NCBI GenBank assembly: GCA_938091905.1
Contig: CALKOM010000023.1
Location: forward strand, 1 to 64,000
DNA length: 64,000 bases
DNA from: an uncultured Verrucomicrobiales bacterium
Lineage (GTDB): Bacteria > Verrucomicrobiota > Verrucomicrobiia > Verrucomicrobiales > DEV007
Direction: 5' to 3'
Shown here one piece after another: positions 53,283-62,211 of the stretch. The notes beneath the pieces are model-generated. The model was not told the DNA's origin. It searched no databases and was given only the letters and a program-made list of their open reading frames with translations. A program made the position numbers and the translations under genes. Position 1 is the first letter of the stretch. Each line of letters begins with the position of its first letter.

Positions 53283-56200
53283 ATGATGAAATCCCAATCG
53301 ACATTCCACTGTTTTAGCGTACTGTTTGTCCTGCTCGTCTTCGGGTCTAGCGTTCAAGCTCGCAACTTCCGCTCTCGCATGTCTCCCAACGGCACCGTCT
53401 TCCGTTGCACTGCCTGCCATGTAAGTCCCAGCGGTGGCGGACAACGCACAACCTTTGGTGAAGCGGTAAACAGTTTGGTTAGTCCAAACGGACGGGAAGA
53501 ATTCTGGACTCCAGCGTTTGCCGCCTTGGACTCAGATGGCGATGGCGCGACCAATGGAGAAGAAGTCGGCGATCCTGACGGAGATGGCGAGGCCTCGGCG
53601 GGTGCAGAGGTCACCAATCCAGGTGATCCTGATAGCACTCCTTCATTGGCAACTGGTGCCACTCCCATTGGCTTCTATTCTTTCGATGATGCAGCGGCTC
53701 CAATGACCGACGACAGCGCCTCTGGGAATGATCTTGTCAGTGCGACGGCAGATCCAACCTATGTTGACGACGGTGGAGTGGAAGGTGGCGCCTATGATTT
53801 CGATGCCACTCATTTGGAAATCCCCATTGATGTGAATCCTGGCACCATCCCAGAACTTACGATGGGCGCTTGGGTCAAGACTTCGGATCTCAGCGAAGGC
53901 CAGCGCAAGATCATGGGCCATGACAATGGCGGCTGGGACCGGACCATCGGATTGGATGCCCGCGCTGCCGGGGACGGCTTTCGTTACACTTCGTTTATTG
54001 GCAATGGACGCCCTGCGGTGGGAACCCCAGGACCGGAAAGCGAGGACGACTGGACTTTCATCGCGGCCGTCTATGATCACCCTAACAATCGGGTCACCGT
54101 CTATGTCGACGTCGATTCGAGTACGACAGAAGACACGCTCGTTGGTGTGACCGAGCCGACAGGATTTGGCGACGGCTTTCCAACCATGTCCCTGGGCAGT
54201 CTTCGCCCGGACAATACGGCAGAAGGTTGGATTGGCTTGATTGACAACGCCTTTCTCTTCGATGCAGCGCTTGATCCAGGGCAGATTCGGCGTCTTCGAG
54301 ATGGTGGGAAAACCGCCGCACTCGGAGGGCTGCTTCCCAGCGATCCGCGCATTTCGCTAGCAGGAGACGAGGTCTTCGGCAACGTGGGGGAAAGTCCCGG
54401 TCGCGTGGAAGGGATGGTCGCGATCAGCAATGAAGGGGCGACCATGCCTCTCAATCTGGCTTCCGTGACCTTGAGTGGGGATCAAATGAGCTTCTACGAG
54501 GTCGTCTCGGCACCGGAGAGCATCGCAGCCGGGGCCACTGACAATGTCGTTGTAGCCTTTGATCCTGGCGACGTCTTTGGGGATTTTGCCGCTTCTCTGG
54601 TGATTGAATCAGATGACTTTGGAGCACCGCTCACGATGATCGACCTGTCTGCTAGAGTCACTCGCCCCTCAATGAATGACTGGCTTCCGCCGCGCGAAGA
54701 TCTGATCGCCTATTGGACGTTTGATGATGCAGCAGCGCCGCTCACCGATAGCAGCGGTCAAGAGACGATGCTCGCCAATGACGTGGCTGAGGCGACCTAC
54801 AACGGCGAGAACGGGTTCCAAGGGGGAGCCTTTCACTTTGACGGCACAGAACGTTTGATTGCCGATTTGGATGTGAATCCTAGCGAGCTTCCGCAAATGA
54901 GCTGGGGTGCCTGGGTAAAGACTGACAATGTCGCCCCAGGATTGCGCAAAGTCATGGGACACGACGATGGCGGTTGGGATCGCACCATCGGCTTGGACAA
55001 TCGCAGCGGAGAATTCCGCTACACATCGTTCATCGGTACGGGACGTCCGGTGGTGGATTTGCCAGGGCCGGTCAATGTCGATGACTGGACATTCCTTGCC
55101 GCTGTCTATGATCAGGATGCGGAAGAGGTCACCGTCTACGTCGACCTTGAGGCCCGTTCGACTTCGGACGAGCTGGTCGTCGTGACCGAGCCTGCCGTGT
55201 TTGGAGCTGGACAGAGCCAATTCTCCATCGGGAATATTCGGCCCGACAACGCGAATGAGGGATGGGTCGGGTTGATCGACAACCCCTTTGTGTATAAGAG
55301 CGCCCTGACGGCCAGAGAAATCACCTCCATCCGTGACATGGTTGGAGATGCCATTCTCGGTCCTGATGATCCCAACATACTCGTATCGTCGCAGACCATC
55401 TTTGGGCCACTGGAAACGCGCGATCCGGTGACGCGGCCACTTACTATTTCCAATAACGGCGCTAGCAATCCTCTCAACGTGACGAATCTGACCGTGACCG
55501 GAGAGGATGCGAGCTACTTCACCCCGGCAGCAACTCCCGGAATGATCGCCCCCGGTGTAAATGCGGCGGTGGACATTACTTTCGATCCTGGTGGTGAAGC
55601 GGGCGCGTTTTCTGCGAAACTATTAGTGGAAAGCAACGATGCCGGGCAGCCCGTCCAGACGATTGATCTTTCGGCCACGACGCCGTCTTCTGAGAGTGGT
55701 GATCCCTTGCTCAATGGCCCTCTTATTTCGCCCTTTGGCACGGTGGGCTCCGGAGAAACCTCTCGCATGGTGACGATCGAGAATGGGGGAGCGACGCAAT
55801 CTCTTTCCGTCAACAGAGTGACCTTGATTGGCAGTGACGCTAGCAGGTTCACCCTAGGCGATGTGCCCACCTCGATTGCCGCCGGTGCCAATGCAAACAT
55901 TCCGGTCACGTTTGACTCAGAAGGCGAGTTTGGCAGCTTCCGAGCCTCGCTTCTGGTCGTGAGCAATGATGCGACGAGCCGTTTCGCAGAGATTGATATC
56001 TCTGCCGTAGTGCCCATTCAAAACCCGGAGGACGCCTTGATCGGCTATTACTCCTTCGACGACCCGTCCACTCCCTTCAACGATGATTCCGAATCCGGTA
56101 ACACCTTGGAAAGCGCCGATGTCGATCCGACCTACGCGAGTGAAACCGGTTTTCAAGAGACCGGAGCTTTTCAGTTCGATGGCACGCAGCGCTTGATTGC

Positions 56201-57938
56201 CCCCATTGACATCAATGTGAGTAAAATTCCTGAGTTGACCATGGGAGCGTGGGTCAAAACGGAGAACCTAGATCCCGGACTGCGCAAGATCATGGGACAC
56301 GACAATGGCGGTTGGGATCGGACAATCGGATTGGATCATCGACTGGATGGCGGCGCGGTGGATCCAGAGAGTTTCCGATACACCTCTTTCATCGGAAATG
56401 GCCGTCCCGTGATTGATCTGCCCGCACCGGAAAATACGGTTGATTGGACGTTCATTGCCACCGTCTACAACCAGCCAAAGAACGAAGTCACCGTCTATGT
56501 CGATCTCAATGCCGACACGACTGAAGACGAACTCGTTTCCATGACGGAACCCACGGTCTTCAATGTTGGCCAGGATACGTTATCGATCGGTAGTCTCCGG
56601 CCGGACAACGACACCGAAGGCTGGGTCGGGTTGATTGATCGCGCCTTTATCTTCGAGACCGCACTCGATCCTGCAACGGTGAAAGAGCTTCGCAACGGCG
56701 GGATTCTGCCAGGATCTGAAGATCCCAATGTTCGTCTGCGGGGTGCCTTTGGCGACCTTGGAAGAAGCCCAGGTGTCGTCACGCGAGAGATCACGGTTGA
56801 GAACCGCGGTCGCGAGAACACCCTCACTCTAACAGGCTCCCGCATCACTGGACCAAATCTCGATAATTATGCACTCAGTGGAGAGTTACCCGCCAGTTTG
56901 GAGCCAGGAGAATCCGTGACGCTAATGGTGACCTTTGATCCTCAGGGACGATCGGGTGGCTTTGTCGCCTTCTTGGAAGTAGACACGAACGACGAGGGTG
57001 ATCCTATCGAAACACTAGACCTCTCCGCCTTGATTCCGAATTCCAATGCGTTGTTAGCGCACTATAAACTCGACGAAACAGAGGGAACAACGATGTTAGA
57101 CGCCTCGGGCAATGGCGTGCAAGGCGTCTTCCGAACAGCCAATGACGGTGAGGTTCTTTTGAATGAAGCGGCCCTAGCATCGGGCACGGCAGTGAGCCTG
57201 AACAGCGCAGAAGGCGCTGGGGCAGGCTTTGGGGAGATTCCCACCAGTGCGGGATTGCCTGCGCTTGAAGCCTTTAGCATTTCCATGTGGGTGAATCAGT
57301 CCGCCGAAGCGGCCACGACGTCGGTCCTCGTAGCCAAGGGATCTGAGAGCATCGGCTCCCCCTTTGCCGTGGCAGTCTCCGGGGGAAGCTTGGCTTGGTT
57401 CTCAAGTGGGGACCAAACCCTCACCACGGGTAGCGTCCTCACCCCTGGAGAACCTGCCCACGTGGTGGCCACTTACGCAGTCGTCGACGGCGATCCGACG
57501 GCAGCTTTCTTCGTTAATGGCGAGGAAGCTGGTCGAGACAATGCAGTGACTGCAATCGATGACTCCACACCTTCGGTGCTCCAAATCGGTGCTGCGAATG
57601 GAAGCTTCGGGTTCGATGGAATCATTGATGATGTCCAGATCTATGGAGAAGCGTTAGATCTTGAGAAGATCACGTTCCTCCTCAACAACCCAGGTGAGGT
57701 CATTCCTGGCGATGGTGGTGAGATGACTGGACGCCCTGCAGATCTCTTCGAGGTGGTTCGTGCAGCTGACGGTCTTCAGTTCGCCATCCCTGCGGGCGTC
57801 ACAGCCAACGTCGAATACTCGGAAGACCTCGTTACTTGGAACGTGATCGCATCTGGCGTGACTGAATCCTTCAGCGACACTGATGCTGACCGTGCAGGGC
57901 GGACAGCAGGTTACTACCGCGCCCGCGTTGCTCCCTAA
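53283..57938 (+). CDS. Giant secreted protein: CxxCH temptin-like N-domain, four LamG-like domains, four Ig-like (choice-of-anchor D/ASH) domains
   Basis: Signal peptide; CTACH; FWTP..DSDGDGATNGEEVGDP; three near-identical GAWVKT..GHDxGGWDRTIGLD..FRYTSFIG units plus one FDGIIDDVQIY LamG; ISNxG..FDPG..SND Ig repeats. Confidence 0.88.
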   Translation: MMKSQSTFHCFSVLFVLLVFGSSVQARNFRSRMSPNGTVFRCTACHVSPSGGGQRTTFGEAVNSLVSPNGREEFWTPAFAALDSDGDGATNGEEVGDPDGDGEASAGAEVTNPGDPDSTPSLATGATPIGFYSFDDAAAPMTDDSASGNDLVSATADPTYVDDGGVEGGAYDFDATHLEIPIDVNPGTIPELTMGAWVKTSDLSEGQRKIMGHDNGGWDRTIGLDARAAGDGFRYTSFIGNGRPAVGTPGPESEDDWTFIAAVYDHPNNRVTVYVDVDSSTTEDTLVGVTEPTGFGDGFPTMSLGSLRPDNTAEGWIGLIDNAFLFDAALDPGQIRRLRDGGKTAALGGLLPSDPRISLAGDEVFGNVGESPGRVEGMVAISNEGATMPLNLASVTLSGDQMSFYEVVSAPESIAAGATDNVVVAFDPGDVFGDFAASLVIESDDFGAPLTMIDLSARVTRPSMNDWLPPREDLIAYWTFDDAAAPLTDSSGQETMLANDVAEATYNGENGFQGGAFHFDGTERLIADLDVNPSELPQMSWGAWVKTDNVAPGLRKVMGHDDGGWDRTIGLDNRSGEFRYTSFIGTGRPVVDLPGPVNVDDWTFLAAVYDQDAEEVTVYVDLEARSTSDELVVVTEPAVFGAGQSQFSIGNIRPDNANEGWVGLIDNPFVYKSALTAREITSIRDMVGDAILGPDDPNILVSSQTIFGPLETRDPVTRPLTISNNGASNPLNVTNLTVTGEDASYFTPAATPGMIAPGVNAAVDITFDPGGEAGAFSAKLLVESNDAGQPVQTIDLSATTPSSESGDPLLNGPLISPFGTVGSGETSRMVTIENGGATQSLSVNRVTLIGSDASRFTLGDVPTSIAAGANANIPVTFDSEGEFGSFRASLLVVSNDATSRFAEIDISAVVPIQNPEDALIGYYSFDDPSTPFNDDSESGNTLESADVDPTYASETGFQETGAFQFDGTQRLIAPIDINVSKIPELTMGAWVKTENLDPGLRKIMGHDNGGWDRTIGLDHRLDGGAVDPESFRYTSFIGNGRPVIDLPAPENTVDWTFIATVYNQPKNEVTVYVDLNADTTEDELVSMTEPTVFNVGQDTLSIGSLRPDNDTEGWVGLIDRAFIFETALDPATVKELRNGGILPGSEDPNVRLRGAFGDLGRSPGVVTREITVENRGRENTLTLTGSRITGPNLDNYALSGELPASLEPGESVTLMVTFDPQGRSGGFVAFLEVDTNDEGDPIETLDLSALIPNSNALLAHYKLDETEGTTMLDASGNGVQGVFRTANDGEVLLNEAALASGTAVSLNSAEGAGAGFGEIPTSAGLPALEAFSISMWVNQSAEAATTSVLVAKGSESIGSPFAVAVSGGSLAWFSSGDQTLTTGSVLTPGEPAHVVATYAVVDGDPTAAFFVNGEEAGRDNAVTAIDDSTPSVLQIGAANGSFGFDGIIDDVQIYGEALDLEKITFLLNNPGEVIPGDGGEMTGRPADLFEVVRAADGLQFAIPAGVTANVEYSEDLVTWNVIASGVTESFSDTDADRAGRTAGYYRARVAP

Positions 57939-57948
57939 CAAATAGGAT

Positions 57949-58476
57949 CTAGTGAACCATAATCCATCGGGTAAGCCGCTGCCGTAAGGTCTCACGAAAT
58001 TTCGAATCCTCGCTCAAATCGATGAGTTCCTCAATTGCTTCCCTCTCAACAAGCTTTAGATGCAATGCTTCTCTAACATACAGCCGATCCTTGTCCCGCC
58101 CTGCGGCGAGTTTCGCTAGCATGACATCTGGAACTGAGAGACAGAGGCCTCGATTTCCAAGCGTACCTTCCGTTTTGACGGGGACCAGTCGCCCTTGCCA
58201 ACCATCCGCTAGGGTGAGGGTTTCTAAATCGATGCCATGAGCATAGTAACCAAACGTTTCGTGGAACATCGACAGTTCACCGATCGATCCATCAATGAGT
58301 TCCGCATGGCTTGGATCTTTCAGACTGAGCATATCCGCTTCCATCGATTGGAGGAGGATCCGCGAATCTGGCACGTCTCCGGCCAATATAGCCTGACTGC
58401 CCGCAACGAGGATTTCCCTCTCGTCGATGATCGTACAGGCTGCGCGAATCAGGTGTTCGAGTTGGGCTCGTTGCAT
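57949..58476 (-). CDS. Putative nucleotidyltransferase (DUF6036-like), possible toxin
   Basis: ILVAGSQAI..SMEAD (G-S..ExD NTase signature), FHETFGYYAHG, KLAAGRDKD. Confidence 0.78.
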   Translation of the reverse strand: MQRAQLEHLIRAACTIIDEREILVAGSQAILAGDVPDSRILLQSMEADMLSLKDPSHAELIDGSIGELSMFHETFGYYAHGIDLETLTLADGWQGRLVPVKTEGTLGNRGLCLSVPDVMLAKLAAGRDKDRLYVREALHLKLVEREAIEELIDLSEDSKFRETLRQRLTRWIMVH

Positions 58477-58805
58477 GGTGAGAAAGCGCGTTTAAAGGCC
58501 CAGACTTCTTTGTTAGAGAGAACGCCGACGAAAGGCGAGTTCTGGCGAAGCTGTTGTCCGCGGTCGTCTTCGGCACAGAGTGCATCGATGACCGCGTCTA
58601 CACCCTCGTCGATCAGTGAAAGCCATTCCTTCCAGGATTGGATTCCGGGAGCCTTGGGACCATTCCGAGTTTCCCACCGCCGCAAGCGTTCGCGAGCCTC
58701 CTCCAAAAACGCGGGACGGTTCCGTAAACGCAAAGCAATCTCCCGCGCCATGGCAAGTGAGCGCGCATCAATGTGCGCGTGTGCGTGGGGCCAACGGGTG
58801 CTCAT
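58449..58805 (-). CDS. Small helical partner protein, possible antitoxin
   Basis: 118 aa; DARSLAM, W..W and RQNSPFVGVL; overlaps the NTase start by 28 nt. Confidence 0.72.
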   Translation of the reverse strand: MSTRWPHAHAHIDARSLAMAREIALRLRNRPAFLEEARERLRRWETRNGPKAPGIQSWKEWLSLIDEGVDAVIDALCAEDDRGQQLRQNSPFVGVLSNKEVWAFKRAFSPCNEPNSNT

Positions 58806-58898
58806 GACAACCTGAAGCTGTCCTCCGCCGGGTCTTCTGTCAATCTCATGGCAGCTCGACCTGTCTCACCTCCTGACTTATACTTTCTTTCACTGATC

Positions 58899-61800
58899 AT
58901 GCGCGCTCCTATTCTCATGCTATTCCTCTTCGCTACGTCGGCGATAGCGCAAGAGCCGGTCATCACGGAATTCATGGCGAGCAATCAAAACTCGATCGCC
59001 GATGGGCGTGGCGAGCATCCAGATTGGATTGAGATCCACAATCCTACGGGCAGCTCGGTGGAACTGCATGGCTACGTGTTGCGAGACGGGGACACGAATT
59101 GGCCTCTCTTACCGCGTAGTCTGGCTCCTGACGAGCGCATGGTGGTCTTTGCTTCGGGGTTAGGTGAAGTCGATCCCGATGGCTGGCCCCACGCCACCTT
59201 CACCTTGTCCAAGGAGGGGGAACCGTTAGAACTTTTGAACCCTGCAGGCGACATCGTGTCCAGCTTCGGCGACAGATTCCCTGCACAACGGACCGATATT
59301 TCTTATGGGCTTGATGACGCTGGTGACCTGGCCTTCTTCACCGAACCCACGCCGGGCGAACCTAACCAATCGGGGGTGCTCGGCTTTGTCTCAGACACGA
59401 AGTTCTCCGTCAATCGTGGGCACTACTCGGAAGCCTTCCAGCTAGAGATCACGACCGAAACGGAAGGCGTGACTATCAATTACACCACCAATGGAAGAGA
59501 CCCACGTCAGAATGGACTCTTCACACCGGTCAATGTTTATGACGGTCCGATCGCCATCGACAAGACGACAACCATTCGGGCGGTTGCTAGGAAAGCGGGC
59601 TTTGTCTCAACCAACGTGGACACGCAGACCTACATCTTCACCAAAGATGTGATCCGCCAATCGAATGAACCTGAGGGCTTTCCGAGTACATGGGGGGTAT
59701 TCACAGGGACGAACGGCAGTGCTCGAGGCCGACCAGTTCCCGCAGACTACGAGATGAATCCCAGCATCGTTGATGAAGATCCAGAGGCGATGGAAACGGC
59801 ACTCAAATCTCTTCCCACCCTCTCGATTGTCATGCATCCGAACGATCTCTTTGGCAAGAATGGCATCTTGGCCAATCCCTTTGGCGGTGTGGACGGAAGC
59901 GGGGTGCATACCATGGATCCCTTTGTCAAGGATCGGCAGGCCTCGGTCGAGTGGATCGGTCCTAACGGAGGCCCAGTAATGCAGATAGACTGTGGTATTC
60001 GATTGAGCGGCGGATGGAGTCGTCACTACATTGCCACGCCGAAGAAGTCGTTCTCGCTAGTCTTCAAAGAAGCTTTCGGCCCAAGCAAGCTCCGCTTTCC
60101 CATGTTTCAGGAGTCGCCCGTCGACGAATTTGATCGGGTGGTGCTCAAGGCGATCTTTAGCAATGCTTGGCCCGATGCTGCGCGGCCTCCTGATTATTTG
60201 AGAGATCATTTCACCCGGCAGACCCGGCTCGACATGGGTGAGCCCGCCTCCTATGGCACCTGGGTGCATCTCTATCTCAATGGCCTTTATTGGGGGCTCT
60301 ACAATCCTACCGAACGGCCTGATGCGTCCTATGCAGCGAGTCACTTTGGTGGAGAGAAAGACGAATATGATGCCGTCAAACACGCAGGCCTCGTTGGCCC
60401 AGGACAAGCGACCAATGATCGCCATGAGTTGATCGATGGTACAGAGGATAAGTGGCTCGAAGCCCTCACGCTTGCTCGATCAGGATTGGAGGGCGGGGAG
60501 AGCTATGAGGCTTTCAAAAAACTGGTCGATGTGCAGAACCTAGCTGACTACGCGATTCTTAACATATATGCGGCCAACGTCGACTGGCCACACAAGAACT
60601 GGTATGCGAACAGTAAACGCGAAGGGGGCGCGGGCTTTCAATTCTATTCCTGGGACTCAGAATATGCCTGGCACGATCTGGGTGCGAACCGTACGAATGT
60701 TAGCAATCGGAACACGCCAGCCGAACTCTACTCTCGTGTGAGACGGAACAAAGCATTTCAGCGTCTCTTCGGAGATCGTGTTCAGAAACACCTCTTCGGT
60801 GATGGGGCGCTGACCGAAGATGCTAATGTGGCTCGCTTTAATCGTCTTGCGACGGTCATCGAACCCGCGATTGCCGCTGAAGCGGCGCGGTGGGGAGATC
60901 ATTCTAACACGCGTCAGGGCAACACGAACTACACCAAAGCCCGTTGGGAAAGTGCAAAGAATGGGATCATCAATAACTTTCTGGCAAAGCGTCATGACAG
61001 CGCCTTGAAACAATTTGCCGATGCAGATCTCTACCCAGAACTGGTGGCACCCACCTTTGAGCCCCATGGTGGTGAGGTAGAGGTAGACCACAGCCTCGTT
61101 CTTCGATCAAAGGACGCCAAGAACCTGCTTCAGCCAAATGGAGGCGACATCGTGTTCACTCTAGATGGAACGGACCCGCGCATGCCGGATAACACAATGA
61201 ATCCAGATGCCATCACCTACACCCGTGGTTACCAGCTGACGGAATCCGTGATCATTAAGACGCGCCTCTTTAAAAGGAACCTGTTCACGGGCGGCAACTG
61301 GTCTGCACTCAGCGAGGCGCGATTCATCGTGGGAACCGTGGCTGCGAACAGGAGGAATGTGCTGATCTCGAAAGTTCACTATCGCCCGAGTGCACCTACA
61401 GCCGTGGAAATGAGTGGTGGTCACGACAGTCGTAGCGACTTCGAATACATCGAATTCATCAATCCATCGAGCGAAGCCATCCATCTGAGTGGTGTTCGAT
61501 TGACGCGAGGCGTTGACTATCAGTTTCCCTATGGTTACGAGATCGGCGCTGGTCAACGTCTCTTGGTCGTTGGCAATCTGGCAGCCTTTGAAAGCCGACA
61601 TGGCTCCGGCCTTCCCATCGCGGGCGAATATGAGGGCAAACTGAGTGATCGTGGCGAAACGATTCGCCTAACGGATCAGGAAGGGCAAGTGCTATGGGAG
61701 CTACCCTATGACGACGACGCTCCTTGGCCAGAAGAAGCAGATGGAGCAGGGGCCGCGTTGGTATTGAGGATGCCAATAGGTGAAGCGGATCCCGTCGATC

Positions 61801-62198
61801 CCGCTCAGTGGACGACCGCTGCAAGCGGAGGGCAGCCAGGACGCGATCTTGGGGAGGTTGGCGATCCTCTCGAAGAGTGGATGCAGGCCCGTAAGCTAAC
61901 AGAACTGCAGAGCGATGATTTGCTCACCTTTGCCTTGGCCAGAGATCTCCTCGGTCCCAATCGAGGGCTGGCGATTAAGTTCACAGCATCTACTGATATC
62001 GTGCTTTCCTATCGTCGTCGCTCGGAGGCTGGTCCAATTCGGTATGCTATAGAAGCCTCTCAAGATCTCACGAACTGGAAGCCTGTGAACCTGGCATCCA
62101 CGGAAACGAAAGGGACCAACAGAACGCTCGTGGTTAACGTCGCTGTCTCCCGTGATCTTGGAAACTACTTTCGGCTCGTGGTCGAGGTCCCTCAGTGA
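58899..62198 (+). CDS. Secreted CotH-kinase protein with two lamin-tail domains and C-terminal 'DLxxW' domain
   Basis: Signal peptide; VITEFMASN..DWIEIHN; HLYLNGLYWGLYNPTERPD, DWPHKNWY, WDSE; ISKVHYRP..EYIEFIN. Confidence 0.9.
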   Translation: MRAPILMLFLFATSAIAQEPVITEFMASNQNSIADGRGEHPDWIEIHNPTGSSVELHGYVLRDGDTNWPLLPRSLAPDERMVVFASGLGEVDPDGWPHATFTLSKEGEPLELLNPAGDIVSSFGDRFPAQRTDISYGLDDAGDLAFFTEPTPGEPNQSGVLGFVSDTKFSVNRGHYSEAFQLEITTETEGVTINYTTNGRDPRQNGLFTPVNVYDGPIAIDKTTTIRAVARKAGFVSTNVDTQTYIFTKDVIRQSNEPEGFPSTWGVFTGTNGSARGRPVPADYEMNPSIVDEDPEAMETALKSLPTLSIVMHPNDLFGKNGILANPFGGVDGSGVHTMDPFVKDRQASVEWIGPNGGPVMQIDCGIRLSGGWSRHYIATPKKSFSLVFKEAFGPSKLRFPMFQESPVDEFDRVVLKAIFSNAWPDAARPPDYLRDHFTRQTRLDMGEPASYGTWVHLYLNGLYWGLYNPTERPDASYAASHFGGEKDEYDAVKHAGLVGPGQATNDRHELIDGTEDKWLEALTLARSGLEGGESYEAFKKLVDVQNLADYAILNIYAANVDWPHKNWYANSKREGGAGFQFYSWDSEYAWHDLGANRTNVSNRNTPAELYSRVRRNKAFQRLFGDRVQKHLFGDGALTEDANVARFNRLATVIEPAIAAEAARWGDHSNTRQGNTNYTKARWESAKNGIINNFLAKRHDSALKQFADADLYPELVAPTFEPHGGEVEVDHSLVLRSKDAKNLLQPNGGDIVFTLDGTDPRMPDNTMNPDAITYTRGYQLTESVIIKTRLFKRNLFTGGNWSALSEARFIVGTVAANRRNVLISKVHYRPSAPTAVEMSGGHDSRSDFEYIEFINPSSEAIHLSGVRLTRGVDYQFPYGYEIGAGQRLLVVGNLAAFESRHGSGLPIAGEYEGKLSDRGETIRLTDQEGQVLWELPYDDDAPWPEEADGAGAALVLRMPIGEADPVDPAQWTTAASGGQPGRDLGEVGDPLEEWMQARKLTELQSDDLLTFALARDLLGPNRGLAIKFTASTDIVLSYRRRSEAGPIRYAIEASQDLTNWKPVNLASTETKGTNRTLVVNVAVSRDLGNYFRLVVEVPQ

Positions 62199-62211
62199 TA
62201 GGACGCTTGTC

